From Eledone cirrhosa (lineage: Eukaryota), in contig OZ024741.1 of the NCBI GenBank assembly GCA_964016885.1, forward strand, positions 66,154,001 through 66,218,000: a stretch of DNA of 64,000 nt. Reading direction: 5' to 3'. Under the pieces are notes generated by a model. That model was not told the origin of the DNA. It did not search any database and saw only the letters and a list, made by a program, of their open reading frames with translations. Each line of letters opens with the position of its first letter. Position 1 is the first letter of the stretch. Positions 14,241 to 28,421 of this stretch are shown here, piece by piece. The position numbers and the translations under genes are program-made.

Positions 14241-14536
14241 ATCAATTGTTATAATACTCTTGTAATCATCAGTGTGATCATTACCAACAACAACAGCAAC
14301 ATTATCTAGCACAGGACATCCTTTGTCATCATCATCATCATCATCATCATACTTGTCATCTCAAACATCACCACCTACATGGCATCATCAATCATAATGA
14401 ACACCAACACTATTGCTTTGCCTCTGACATCATTATCATCACTGCCACCACCACCACCACCACCACCACCACCACAATCATCATCACTGCTATCATCATG
14501 ATCATCAGCAACAGCATTGACGTTGTCATCATGATC

Positions 14537-14569
<33 letters not shown>

Positions 14570-15064
14570 CTTATCCTCATCGCCATTACCATCATCATCA
14601 TCATCATCACTGCCACCACCATCATCATCATCACCATTATAGTCATCGTTGTCATCATCATCATCATCATCGTCGCCACCGTCCTCACTGCCACCATCCC
14701 TACAATCTCAACTCTGACAATCCTCATCTTCAGAGAGAGATTTTCATGACTACTAGAAACTTTGTAACCATCATAGCTATACTCATTAGCAACAGCAGCA
14801 TGCTGTTACTGATGATGATGATGATGATGATGGATGGTCGTGGTGGTGGTGGTGGTGGTGGTGGTGGTGATGATAGTGACAATGATGATGTGTTGCTCTG
14901 ATAAACTATTTTTATGAATTCTAATAATGATATTTTTGTATACTATCGTCATCCATTCAGAAACTATCCATCTCACTACTACTACTATTGCGAAGATTAC
15001 TACTACTATTACTACTACCACCAATGTTAATAATCTAGTCTACAGTCTGTTTCAATCCAGGAGA

Positions 15065-15320
15065 CTTGTCAAACCGATGCTTATCCTAGTTCGGTGGTGT
15101 GAAGTGACTAAGTGTACAGGACTCACCTCTGGAAAGGATGCCAGTCCATCGCAGGGTCAAACCCCCTGCTGTTGCTGATACCTGTTTTCAGCTGAGTATA
15201 CTGGAGCAATGTGAAATAAAGTGTTTTGCTCAAGAACACAATACACAACCCAGTCAAGGAACTGAACCCATGACATTATAATCATAAGTCCAACAGCCTT
15301 ACCACTAGGCCATGTGCCAC
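15065..15320 (-). mobile_element. tRNA-derived SINE (CORE/Meta/V-like family)
   Basis: Minus strand TGGCCTAGTGG A-box, GGTTCAGTTCC B-box, TGTGTTCTTGAGCAA, CCTGCGATGGACTGGC; copies at 31200-31430 and 52272-52475. Confidence 0.7.
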
Positions 15321-17302
15321 CAAGGTCCACATTGTCTTTCATCCATCTGGGACCCAATAAATAAAGTACCAGTTTACAGTAATGGATTGGTGAAATTGTT
15401 TGAGCTTGGACAGGATGTTATTTGTTACAGTTCTTTGTGTTCTGAGTTAAAATCTTGTCAAAGTCAACACTGCCTTTCATCCCAATAAAGTCCAACACTC
15501 TTACCACTAGGTCACATGCCTCCACAAGTAACAGAATGGATTATAAAAACTAAAACATGAGGTATGTAGCCCCTCCCCTCAAAAATGGAGAGAGGGCAAC
15601 CTTCAGTCATGACTGACCATGAGATTGCACCTCGACAGTTCCTCTTGTAGGACGCAAGTCTGAGTAAGGAAGTCTGTGTGGAAGATCAGCAATTTCCCAT
15701 GTGTACCAGTCTACCTTCTCCATAACATCGAAGTTATCCAAACAGAAAGACAAAGGCCAATGCAGCTTGACACCAGTGTCATCACAACAATGTCTGTTTA
15801 TATGCCTGGCTGCATGTCTGTCTATTTTTACTTCCTGGCACTGATTTCCTTTAATTTTTGAAGTTATTTTAAGACTTAAAGAATTTCAAGAATAAAAGAT
15901 AACATTTTCCATGACAGTTTCAAAGGAAATAAAACTATTTTACTTTCATTTAATCATGTGTCCTTCTTATTTAATACACATGAATGAGATATATTAGATT
16001 TACACAATTGAATTTAAACATACTATTTATAATGAAAGTCTGTCTGTAGCTCAATGCAATAAGCAGCAAAAGAAGTAGAAAACTATATTTTTTATATGAA
16101 AAATAACCTTTCATGGGAAAACCATTAGTGTTGTATTAAACAGAATATGCCTTCGTTAAGAGCAATTCTAGGCCAGGGCTTATTTTAAGGACATTTTCAA
16201 ACTGCAAAAATCTTTGAAGCAAGTGCCATGACCCAGAGTTTAATATTTACTGTGTCTGACAATTTTTAACCTTCATTTACCATATAAGTAGATCTACTAT
16301 TTGATTAGAACTATACAAGAAGGGGTCAACTGCACATTAAAATATTCACTATTCTAAGCTACATCTACTGGTCTTGATATATAAAATGGGAAAATATATA
16401 AGGACAATAAAGACAGAGGTTCACTTGAGACAGACATTAGAGACTTATAGAGATTCTGTTACTTGTAAATACATCATTACAGTAACTATATGCACAATTA
16501 TATTTGTCTTTGGGACCTCCAGTGTCCTCAGTCACTGGACTGCTGTTTTCTTCTGCCAAATCTGAAGGAGGGCATCATGCACAAGGAAGGGGCTCAACGA
16601 GGTGGAATAGTTGTTGTAGCATGTATCAATAGCTTTTCTCTGTGGCAACACTTTCGCCATTTTGTCCATAGGGTGTAGCTGAGATATACCATCCAACCAT
16701 TTGCCTTCTCCTCATTCCCCTTTTTACTTTATATCTATTTCTTGTCATTATGATTAAAAAAAGAGTCGAGATGACCCTTTAGACATGCCATGGTACAGCC
16801 ACCTCCCTAGTATTGGTGATCTGCATGATAAATGCACTCAGTGCAGGCAAAGCTACAATCATCTGACATATCTGGCCTCAGGACATGACAACTGGTCTAA
16901 ACCCATAAAAAAAACAGCAATAAAATGGTGTTGATGGTGATTTTGAAAGTAAAATAAAATTTAATACTATGGAAGGTTACTATATAAAAAAATATATATA
17001 TATATATACTCATAACCTATACATGAAGTATATGCATTTAACTGGTTACTAAAATATCATACTTAAAGAGCAGTGTGAAATTGAGTCTACATTTCACATA
17101 TAGCCTGGCTATATTTCTTGCATTGTGAGGCCTTCATTCCACATCTGGCTGGGACCTATTATCAGCTTTGAATGGTCTCACATTCTACTGAGTGCACAGG
17201 GAAGGTTGTCATGTATTTGACATAACATAATCCTTTGTTTGGCAAGCTTTCTAGGGCTTCCTATCACCAACCACTTTACAGTATGTACTGAGCATGTTCA
17301 TT

Positions 17303-17368
<66 letters not shown>

Positions 17369-17795
17369 TCGTTACCCATACATGAAGTATATGCATTTAA
17401 CTAGTAACTAAAATATATTTAATGAGCAGTTTGAAATGGCGTCTACATATCACATATAGCCTGGGTCTATTACTTGCATTGAGAGGCCTACATTCCATGA
17501 CAGGTTGGGACCTATTATCAGCTTTACATGGACCTGCTCATGCCAACATAGAAATAAATAGGATGAGTGACTAAGAAAGTCACTCTATGTTCACTTGAAC
17601 TGCTGGAAATAATAGCTAAGCCTCCCTCCCATCAAACCACTATCTTAACCCTTTTGCTACTAACCTGTCCTAAACTGCAACTGGTTCTATGAAACAAAAC
17701 CACCCATTGTAAAGGGTTTCTATTTAGATTAAAATATTCCAACATATCTTAGTAATGGTCTAACCTATGCTAGTGTGGAAGATAGACGTTAAACA

Positions 17796-17830
<35 letters not shown>

Positions 17831-18800
17831 ATAAATAACTTTAGTAAATCCCTTTAAATTTTTCATTAATTAATTGAAATAGAGTGTATTTAATTAGAAA
17901 TGCAGTCACGTGAGGGTTAAAAAAATGATTTATACATTGGATGATGTAGTCCTAGGTATACATAAGATGGTCAGTCATAAGTGGAATGTCACTGACCAGG
18001 ACTGACCACGAGTAATACAAGAACAACAAATTAGTTGTCAAAACTTTGTAAGAAATCAGCTGTGTACAGATCTGGAGAGAGGGTAGGCCCCACCAGGTTT
18101 AAAATACCCAAATATGACATGATAGAGCCCCTCCAACTCCATCAGGAGTAATGGCTCCATACATGCATGTATTTGTGTGTGTGTGGTGTGTATATATGTG
18201 CGAGTGTGTGTGTGGAGAGAAGGGGGTCAGGAATATACCAGTTTTAAACTAATAAGAGTACTCAATATTTGGGAAGTAGAGTATAAATATAGAAGAATCT
18301 GGAATTAGCTGTTGAAATGGCAAGAGCTCAGCCATCGGGCCTCCATTCTCTCTAATATATCATCATCAGCATAATCATTTCAATGTCCACTTTCCCTGCT
18401 AGCAAAGGTTGAATGAGTCTACAATAGACTAAGTCAGTACTGAAACGGTGGCTATTGATCCCCCAGATAAGCCAACAATCTATGGTCTCACATTCTACAG
18501 AGTGCACAGGGGAGGTTGTCGTGTATTTGACACAACTGAAGGTCATCCCAACCCTTTGTTTGGCAAGCTTTCTATGGCTGGATTCCCTTCCTATCATCAA
18601 AAACTTTACAGTATGTCCTGAGTGCATTTATCTTGCAGATTATCAACACTAGGGAGGTTGCCATGTCCTCGACATGACTGAAGGGACTTCCCTTTGTTTG
18701 GAAAGATTTCTATGGCTGGATGCCCTTCCTGTCACCAACCATTTTACAGTGTGCACTGAGTGTATTTATCGTGTCTCTCTCTCTCTCTATATATATATAT

Positions 18801-18975
18801 GGGACAAAAATTGTGTTCTCATCAGATAAAATAAGGTAACATGATATGAGGCCTAAAAACACTTGTGACCAGGAAAGTGTCCAGTCAACATATATTTTTG
18901 TCCCAGGATGATGTTGTTTTCGAAATGCGCATAATAAAATATATGGAACTTTTTTAACCATCTTTTAATTTCTTC
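18801..18975. mobile_element. Penelope-like solo pseudo-LTR with a hammerhead split by inversion
   Basis: CTGATGA half on minus strand (18819-18825); GAAA-TGCGCA-TA-ATAAAATA half on plus strand (18922-18941); 11-bp inverted overlap. Confidence 0.7.
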
Positions 18976-18996
18976 TTTATATATATATATATATAT

Positions 18997-21696
18997 GACT
19001 GATAATTAGCGACCTAATAGTCAGGACGAAATGTACTAGACAGCAGAAGAGGACTAAATATGGAAGCTAAAGGACCCCACAGCCATAAATAAATTTCAAA
19101 GCATGTTACTTGATGCTTTCGACAGTAAGGAAGAGCAATTAGAGTCAGATAATATAGAGGAACAGTGGGAATTCCTGAAAGCAAACCTGCTGATGGCGGC
19201 AGACGAAGTCTGTGGCTGGAGCAGGCCTGTAGGCATGAGGAGAGTAACATGGTGGTGGAACAGTAAGGTGGAGGGGTCAATTAAGGCCAAAAAGCAGGCT
19301 TGGAAAGTATGGCGGGATGGGGGAAGTAGAGAAGACTATCAAGTGGCCAGGAGGGAAGCTAGGAGACAAGTGTACTTCGCAAGAAGGGAAGCAGAGGAAA
19401 GAAAGTTCAAGCATGTTCTACAACGCAAGGACCAAAAACGTGAGGTGTTCAGGATTGCTAGGCAATGTGTCAAGGAAAACAGTGATATTGTTGGGGAGAA
19501 GTGTGTACTTAATGATGACGGTGTACTTGCCATCACCGACGCTGATAAGAAGATAGCTTGGAAGTGTCACTACGAAAGGCTACTAAATGAGGAGAATAAA
19601 TGGGAGAAAGACAGTCTCCCCCACATCGTCCCAATAGAGGGACCAGCAGTGTTAGTCGAGGGTAGTATAATAAGTAAGGCAATCAAAGATATGAAGACAG
19701 GTAAGGCGGCTGGGCCTTCGAAAATAGTTTCTGAGATGCTGAAGGCATCTGGTACGGTGGGACACACCATGGTCACCTGGATAGTTAACCAAGTCATACA
19801 GAATGGGGTTGTTCCGAAGGACTGGCGTAGCAGCATCATCATTAACTGCTACAAGGGTAAAGGAGATGCCCTAGATAGGAGTAACTATAGAGGCATTAAA
19901 TTAATCGACCAGGTCATGAAGGTCACAGAAAAAGTAATAGCGTAACTAATCAGAGAGCGAATTGATCTAGATGAAATGCAGTTCGGGTTTGTGTCAGGTA
20001 AAAGTACCACAGACGCTCTTTTCATTGTACGACAATTACAGGAGAAGTACCTAGCTAAAAGTAAACCCCTATACTTAGCTTTTGTCGACTTGGAGAAAGC
20101 CTTTGACAGAGTCCCCCGTTCCATTATCTGGTGGGCTCTTAGAAAACTAAGTGTTGATGAATGGCTTGTGAGAGCTATACAAGCCATGTATAAAGAAACA
20201 GTCAGCAAGGTTAGAATTAACAACGAATATAGTGAAGAGTTTAGCATAAAAGTTGGTGTTCATCAGGGCTCTGTTCTTAGCCGCCTACTATTTATTATTG
20301 CCCTTCAGGCTATAACAGAGGAGTTCAAGACCGGCTGCCCATGGGAACTCCTATACGCAGATGACCTAACACTCATAGCTGAATCAATGGCCGAGCTAGA
20401 GAAGAAATTCCAAGCATGGAAGCACGGCCTAGAATCGAAAGGCCTTAAAATTAACCTGGCTAAGACTAAAGTTCTAGTTTGTAAGAAAGAAAATAAGGCG
20501 GCGGTCCCTTCCGGGAAGTGGCCATGCTCAGTGTGTAGGAAAGGCGTAGGTAGAAACTCCATTTTGTGTCCCAAATGCAAAGTATGGGTGCATAAAAGAT
20601 GTAGTGGGATCACAGGTAAGCTAACTAAGAACATAGATTTTACATGTGGCCGGTGCTCTGGTGCAATAAGTAGCAGCAAGTGCCCACAAAATACTAGCTC
20701 TTTCAACTGCGCAGAGGGTCCTATAGAAATAGTGGACAGTTTCCGTTACCTGGGTGACAAAATCAGCAGTGGGGGAGGGTGCTCTGAAAGTACAGTAGCT
20801 AGAGTCAGAACTGGATGGAAAAAGTTCAGAGAGCTTATACCACTATTAGCCGCTAAAGGGTTCTCCCTAAAAATGAAAGGCAGGTTGTATGATGCCTGCA
20901 TACGAACAGCAATGTTGCATGGCAGTGAGACCTGGGCATTGTGTGCAGAGGATATACGCAGACTAGAGAGGAACGAAGCTTGCATGCTCCGCTGGATGTG
21001 TAATAGTAATATACGTGAACGGCAAAGCATAAACGAACTAAGGAAAAAATTAGAAATAAGAGGGATCAGATGTTGTTTGCTCGAGAGAAGGCTACGTTGG
21101 TATGGTCACGTGATGCGCATGAAAGACGATAGCTGTATAACAAAGTGCAGGGCAATAAAGATAGACGGTAGCCACGGAGTAGGCAGACCCAGAAAAACCT
21201 GGGACGAGCTTATAAATTCCGACCTCACACACTTACACCTCTCCAAGACAATGTCACTGGACCGAGACCTTTGGCGGTACTCAGTAATAGAGAAGACCCG
21301 CCTTACCTAAATACAAAGTAAAACCTACTACAGTCAATAGACATCTCTAACAAAATACACCCCCGTCCCACCACCCCCACCGCCCCTTTCAATGTAAAGT
21401 TATGTTGGTGCCACAACATCCAGGCCGAAACAAATGAGATCGTGTAGGTGTCACGACAAAAAAACACACAGTCCACGCTGTAATGTGGCCGTGTAGGCAA
21501 CACGGTAAAAACCTCCCAGCCCCACACTGTAAATGTGGTTGGTGTTAGGAAGGGCATCCAGCTGTAGAAAACCCGCCAGACAGTCCTATGCGAGCAAGAC
21601 AATTACTCTTGCCTCAAGTGGGAAAACCCCCGTCCAAACCCATGCAAGCGTGGAACACGGACGTTAAACGTTGATGATGATGATGATGATGATGAT
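18997..21696 (+). mobile_element. 5'-truncated RTE family A copy with one premature stop
   Basis: ORFs 19103-19945 and 19976-21310 are in the same frame, separated by TAA at 19943; AFVDLEKAFD, QGSVLS, YADD; 3' UTR and (GAT)n; inserted in (TA)n. Confidence 0.95.
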
Positions 21697-22627
21697 ATAT
21701 ATATATATAAGGAAAAGAAATATATATATATATTACTAATATCATACCCATAAAAAATGACAGGGTTATAGCAAAAATATATTTAATCTAATCATTTCAT
21801 CATTACAACATTCTATACAAAGATGTTTGAATCTGGAATTTTTCTTGACTTCCCCCCTCTTGCCACTCCAGCCATTGCTGTATTTCCTTTTATATTCATT
21901 TAAATCAATTACAATAATTTACTTTCATATTTTCTTTAATCATTATCCACTAAATTACTAGTACTATATAGTACTATATTTTATCAACTCTAAAAGAATG
22001 AAAGACAAAGTTGACCCGGGCTGAATTTGAACTCTGAATGTAAAGGGCTAGAAACAAATACTGTTCAACATTTGTCTGTCACTCTAACAACTCTACCAAT
22101 CTGCCAGCCTTCTCCTATCTAAAATAAATGCAAATCTCTCTCTCTCTGGCTTCAGCAAACATAAGTATTGTAGTAGTAAATAAAGCACAAAATTAAATAA
22201 TTTGTTGCAAGTTCATATCATTCTCCAGTCACAAAATAAATTTTGCCTTTTAATTATAAGGTGTTTCACTACAACTGCAAGCTACTAAACTAGAGAGTAT
22301 CTGAGAATCAATGAAATAAATTGCTTTGTCCAAAAAATCAGTACAGGTTCAAATCTCATGTGTTGGGCTGTTTCAACCATGCTTCAGAATATTACTAGTT
22401 CATAACAGTTCTATATGAGCAGGACACAGTCACCTGACCCAACTTACCTCAAATGGGACAACCTGTCTAACCCATGGAAAGTGGGCGTTAAACGGCGATG
22501 ATGATAATGATGATCCCATCTTTGCTTAATTAACCTTTTTAACGACCACATTTCTAATGAAATACACTCTATTTTAATTAATTAATGAAGAATTTTGAGG
22601 GATTTACTAAAATTATTAATTATTTTA

Positions 22628-22866
22628 TTAGTAAGATAGTAACTTAATGGGGATACTTAAAGGATGTGATGTTGTGTGTGACTGCAGCATCGAACCACAG
22701 ACTATGCACCACTTCCTGATATGCCCCCTGCTGGGACATCCCTGTACAGCATTGGACTTGGCAGAGTTTAATGAGAAAGGACAGTAATGTGTGCAGCTGT
22801 GGCGGAACCACATCTAGCCAAGCTTTGTAACTAACACTCTTGTGGACACAATAAGAAAGAAAGAAA
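22628..22866 (+). mobile_element. 3' fragment of a Vingi/Ingi-like (I-group) LINE
   Basis: Plus-strand peptide CDCSIEPQTMHHFLICPLLGHPCTALDL (CxC..H..C knuckle) followed by a short (AAGA)n tail. Confidence 0.6.
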
Positions 22867-23289
22867 TGTAAGGTTCTTATATAAAATTATGTTGGAAGAT
22901 TTTAATTTAAATTGAAAACCTTTAAAATGGGTGGATTTATTTCAGAGAACCAGAACCGGTTATGGCCGGTTTGGTAACTAAAGGGTTAAGTTTGTACCAT
23001 TTTGTAGAGAATAAACATTGCCATATTAAATTAAATAAACAAGACAAAATATATCAATGCAAGTTCGTATGTAAAAAAATGTAGATTTTTCTTTTCACAT
23101 TATGAAACACATACCGTGACACACACACACACAAGAAAACTGCATTGAGTGCAAAAGACATAACTATCTAAAGAGCCGTTCGGGCCAGTTCCACCCAAAC
23201 TTCAAAGTAGTCCCAAAAGCAGTAAAAGAATAAATAACTAAATAAATAACAAAAATGAGATAATGATGATGGTGATGGTTATATACAAC

Positions 23290-23690
23290 AATGATGATGA
23301 TGATCACAACAATTACAACAACAACAATAGTAACAACAATAACAACAACAACAGTAACAACAATAACAACAGTGGCAACACTATTAACAGTAATAACAAC
23401 AGTAACAACAATAACAACAGTGGCAACACTATTAACAGTAATAACAACAGTAACAACAATAACAACAGTGGCAACACTATTAACAGTAATAACAACAGTA
23501 ACAACAATAACAACAGTGGCAACACTATTAACAGTAATAACAACAGTAACAACAATAACAACAGTGGCAACACTATTAACAGTAATAACAACAACAACAG
23601 TAGTAACGTTAACAACAACAGCAGTAACAACAACAGCAATAGTAATAATAATACCAACAACAACAACAACAGTAGTAACAACAACAGTAA
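23290..23690. repeat. AAC-rich repeat with about five 48-bp units
   Basis: AGTGGCAACACTATTAACAGTAATAACAAC repeated. Confidence 0.9.
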
Positions 23691-23999
23691 CATACCTTTC
23701 TATGTTTAGCATTCTTGTGTTTTCTCATTAGATGCCGAATCTTATTAAAAGAAGCAATCCTTAAAACTGACCACCACCGTAAGAATTCCAACACAACTGC
23801 TTAAACTGTTTTACTGGTTTCCTTATGCTAGTGGATTGTTGGACTGTTATTAGTGTTATTAGTGTTATTAGTGTTATTAGTATTACCTTGTTACCAGAGA
23901 GAGTTAAACGAAAATATGTAGCACTGTAGAAGTATTATCTAGAGAGAGAGAGACAATGAAAGGGGGAGAGAGATTATGAGGGAAAGAAAGACAGAAGGA

Positions 24000-24054
<55 letters not shown>

Positions 24055-24519
24055 GGGGAAAGACAGAAAGAGGGAGTCAGAGAAAGAGAGGGAGCGACAG
24101 TGAGAGATAGACAAAAAGAGAAAGATACTGAAGGATAGACAGAAAGAGCGAAAGAGAGAGACTATGAGGGAACGACAGAAAGAGGGAGAGAGAGAGAGAC
24201 TATGATGGAACGACAGAAAGAGGGAGAGAAAGACTATGAGGGAACGACAAAAAGAGGGAGAGAGAGAAACAAAGAGAGAGAGGAGGGGATAGACAGAAAG
24301 AGAAAGACATTAAGGGAAAAACAGAAAAAGGGAGGGAGAGAGAATGAGAGACAGAAAGAGGGACAGACACTAAGGGAAAGACAGAAAGAGGGAGTGAGAG
24401 AGAGAGAGACAAAGAGAGATTACTTTTCTCACTTCCTTATCCTCACACCCCTCCCCCCTCCTCCACCTAACACTAATTTCAACTAAAAGAATAACTTTTT
24501 CTTTTTCTTTTTTTAATTA

Positions 24520-25445
24520 GTGGTGTTGTGGGATGACAGTAGTGGTGGTGGTAGTGATTGGTGTGTTGGTGGCAGTGGTAGTAGTGATTGGTGTGTTGGT
24601 GGCAGTGGTGGTGGTGGTAGTAGTGATAGTGATTAGAGTGTTGGTGACGGCAGAGATGATAGTTTCAGTGGTGGTAGTGGCGGTGATGGTGATAGGTGTA
24701 TTGGTGACAATGGTAGTGGTGGTGTTAGTAGCAGTTATTGTGTTGTTGTTGGTAGTGGTGGTGGTGGTGGTGGTGTTTATGATGATGGCCACAGTGTATT
24801 TGTAGCAGTGGTAGTGGAGAGGATGGTAGAAATGGGAGTAGAAGCAGTAGTGGTGGTGTTGGTGGTGCTGATTGTACTGGTCAAATACTGAGTACTTTGT
24901 TGTGGTGATGGTGGTGGTCGGGTGAATGGAGGAGTCAGCACAGTGTAGTATGGACAGGTCAATGTTAGTGGCAGTAGTGTGTGGGAGGGTCAGTTATAGT
25001 AGTGGTTGTGGTAGTGGTATGAGGAAGTGGTAGTGGTGGTGGTGATGGTGGAGGTTATCAGTGATATAGATGGTGCTAGAAGTGGTGATAGTGATGACTA
25101 TGGTAGTGATGGGGTGATTGGTAGTGATGGGGTGATTGGTAGTGGTGGTGGTGATAGTGATGGTGGTAGTGGTGGTGATGGTTATGGTAGTGGTAATAGT
25201 GATGGTTGTGGTGGTGGTGATAGTGATGGTTGTGGTGGTGGTGAAAGTGATGGTTGTGGTGGTTGTGAAAGTGATGGAGGTGGTGGTGGATATAGTGATT
25301 AATATGGGGCTGATGATGCTAGTGGTGGTGATAGTGATTGCAATACTGGAGGTGATTGTTATAATGGTTAAGGTGGTACTAGGGGGTTGTGTGACAGTAT
25401 TATTGGTAGCAGTGTGGGGAGGGAGGAGTAACAGTGGTGATAACA
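24520..25445. repeat. (GTG/GTA)n low-complexity tract
   Basis: Degenerate trinucleotide repeats; similar tracts at 27260-27980, 52725-53410 and 59380-59610. Confidence 0.9.
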
Positions 25446-25502
25446 TTGATTTTTAATTTAGCACAAGGCCAGCAAATTTGGGGGAAGGGTAAAGTTCATT
25501 AA

Positions 25503-25941
25503 CCCTTTAGCATTTAAACCGGCTGTATCCAGCCAGAATTCTCTCACCTCTTTCTGTTCAAACCGGCTGTAACTAGCTGCTCATACTTGAGTTAAGGTAT
25601 TGTTCTCAAAATAAATAACATCATCAAAATCTTGTAGATTCAATATTATGTGAAATAATTGTGAAATAAAGTGTTAACCGCGAAAATATAATAGTAAATA
25701 TAGAGTAATGTAAATGCTTTAACATTTAAACTGGCTGTATCCAGCCAGAATTCTCTCATCCCTTTCTGTTCAAACCAGCTGTAATTGGCCACTCATACAG
25801 ATGTTAAGGTATTGTTCTAAAAAAAAAAAATAATAATATCAAAATCTCATAGATTCAATATTATGTGAGATAATTATGTAAGGTAAAGCCTTTACCTTGA
25901 AAATACTATAGTAAATATAGAGTAATGTAAATGCTAAAGGG
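25503..25941 (+). mobile_element. piggyBac-like MITE (internally duplicated)
   Basis: TTAA|CCCTTTAGCATT ... AATGCTAAAGGG|TTAA; copies at 57202-57558, 58252-58472 and 63414-63602. Confidence 0.8.
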
Positions 25942-28319
25942 TTAAACCAACCCCAAAAAGATGAAAAGCAAAGTTGACCTCAGCAGGATTTGAACTCAGA
26001 ATGCAGAAAGCCATAACTAAATTCCCCAAAGTATTTTGTCTGAGACACTACTGATACTGCCTGCCAACCAACTGATAGCAGTGATAGTGAAAATACTATA
26101 GTAAATATAGAGTAATGTAAATGCTAAAGGGTTAAACCAACCCAAGAAAGATGAAAAGCAAAGTTGACCTCAGCAGGACTTGAACTCAGAATGCAGAAAG
26201 CCATAACTACATTCCCCAAAGTATTTTGTCTGAGACACTACTGATACTGCCTGCCAACTGATAGCAGTGATAGTGATGTGGTTAGCAATGATGGTGGTGG
26301 TCATTTTAGTGGTTGTAAAACTGATAATGTAGTCAGGAGTGGTGGTGGGATAGGATGTGGTGGTAATATTAATAGCAAAGGTGAGAGAGGGAAGGAAGAG
26401 GAATGATGTTGAAGATAGTGACAGTGTTGGTGATGATGTTAGCAGTGATATTGTTGGTGATGATGATTGTTAAGGTAATAATGATTTCTATTATAGGCAC
26501 AAGGCCAGCAATTTGAAGGGGGAAGGGAAAGTCTATTAAATCGACACCAGTGCATTACTGGTACTTTGTTTTATCAACCCTGTAAGGATGAAAGGTAAAG
26601 CTAACCTTGGCGAGATTTGAACTCAGAACATAAAGGGCCGTAACTAAATACTGCAAAGTATGGTGTCCAATGCTTTTGATGATGATGATGAGAGTAATGT
26701 TGTTAAAATAAGTATTGTTATTGTTGTTGTTGTTGTCGGTGGTAATAATGATAAGTGTGGAAGATATAAGATTAATATTTCTTTAAACTAAAGAAGAAAA
26801 AAAACTCATAAAAGAGGGAAAGAAAGACAGAGATTGTGATAGAGAGAAGGGAAGTAAACAGGGAAGTCACAAAGTATGAGAGGGAGAGAGAGAGAGGAAG
26901 GAGAGGAAAGAGACAAAATGAGAGAGAGAGAGAGCCAAGAGAGAAAGAAATAGGAAAGAGAGAAAGAAACATGAGAGAGAGAGATAGGAAAGAGAGAGGA
27001 GAGAGAAAACAAAGAGAGAAAGAGGGAGGAAAGAGGAAATAAGAAGAGAAAGAGGAGAGATGAAATAAAGAGAGAAAAAGAGACAGGAGAGAGGAAATAA
27101 AGAGAGAAAGAGGGAGGAAAGAGAAAAGAAAGAGAGAGGAGAGGAAATAAAGAGAGAAAAAGAGATAATTTAATTTCAAGAGGTTGGAGGGGTGGAGCAA
27201 AGGATCAACACAGCATGAGAGAGATGGGGAAGGAGAAGTGTGTTTTTACCTCTACAGGTACTGCTGCCACTACCAGTATCACCACCATCACTACCAACAC
27301 CACCACTACCACTATAACCTACAACAACCACCACCACCATCACCACCATCACTACCACCACCAACACCACCACTACCTCTATAACCTACAACAACCACCA
27401 CCATCACTACCACCACTAATGCCAACACCACCACTACCACCATCATGACCAACAACACTACTGCCACTATAGAATCAACAACAACCACCACCATCACTAC
27501 CACCAGTACTACAACCACCAGTACTACAACTAACACCACCACTATTACCACTAGTACTACAACTACCACCACCACGACACCACCAGTACTACAACCAGCA
27601 CCACCACCACCAACAGTACTACAATGACGACCACCACCAGTATTATAATCACCACCACTATCACCACCACCACAATCACCACCACCACCACCAGTACTAT
27701 AACCACCACCACAATCACCACCACCATCACCACTACCACCACAATCACCACCACCACTACACCACCACCACCAGTACTATAACCACCACCACTATCACCA
27801 CCACCACTATTACCACCACCATCACCACCACCAGTACTATAACCACCACCACAATCACCACCACCACTACACCACCACCACCACCAGTACTATAACCACC
27901 ACCACTATCACCACCACCACTATCACCACCACTATTACCACCACCACCACCACCACCACCACCACCAATACTACAACTACCTAGATGCATCAAAAATGTT
28001 TAATACTTCTTATATGGTCCTTCCATATCCTCCAATACAGCAGCTATAGTGGAGCGGGGTGTGCAGTAGGAAGTGTCGCTGATGTGGTGAGAGACCGGTG
28101 GTGCGGGGTGTGCAGTAGGAGGTGTCGCTGATGTGGTGAGAGACCGGTGGAGCGGGGGTGTGCAGTAGGAGGTGTCGCTGATGCGGTTAGGAAGAACAGC
28201 AATCAATGAAAGAGCAAACTGTCACATTACTGGCTAAAGCCATACTTTAGTAAAATTTGGTTCCAAAAATGTTCTGGTAACTTCCGAAAGAGAAAAAATT
28301 TACACATAATTATATGGAA

Positions 28320-28421
<102 letters not shown>

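Noticed and set aside
25905-26275. Local ~180-bp duplications (also 10085-10480 and 17008-17530)
   Set aside because: Ordinary tandem duplication of repeat fragments
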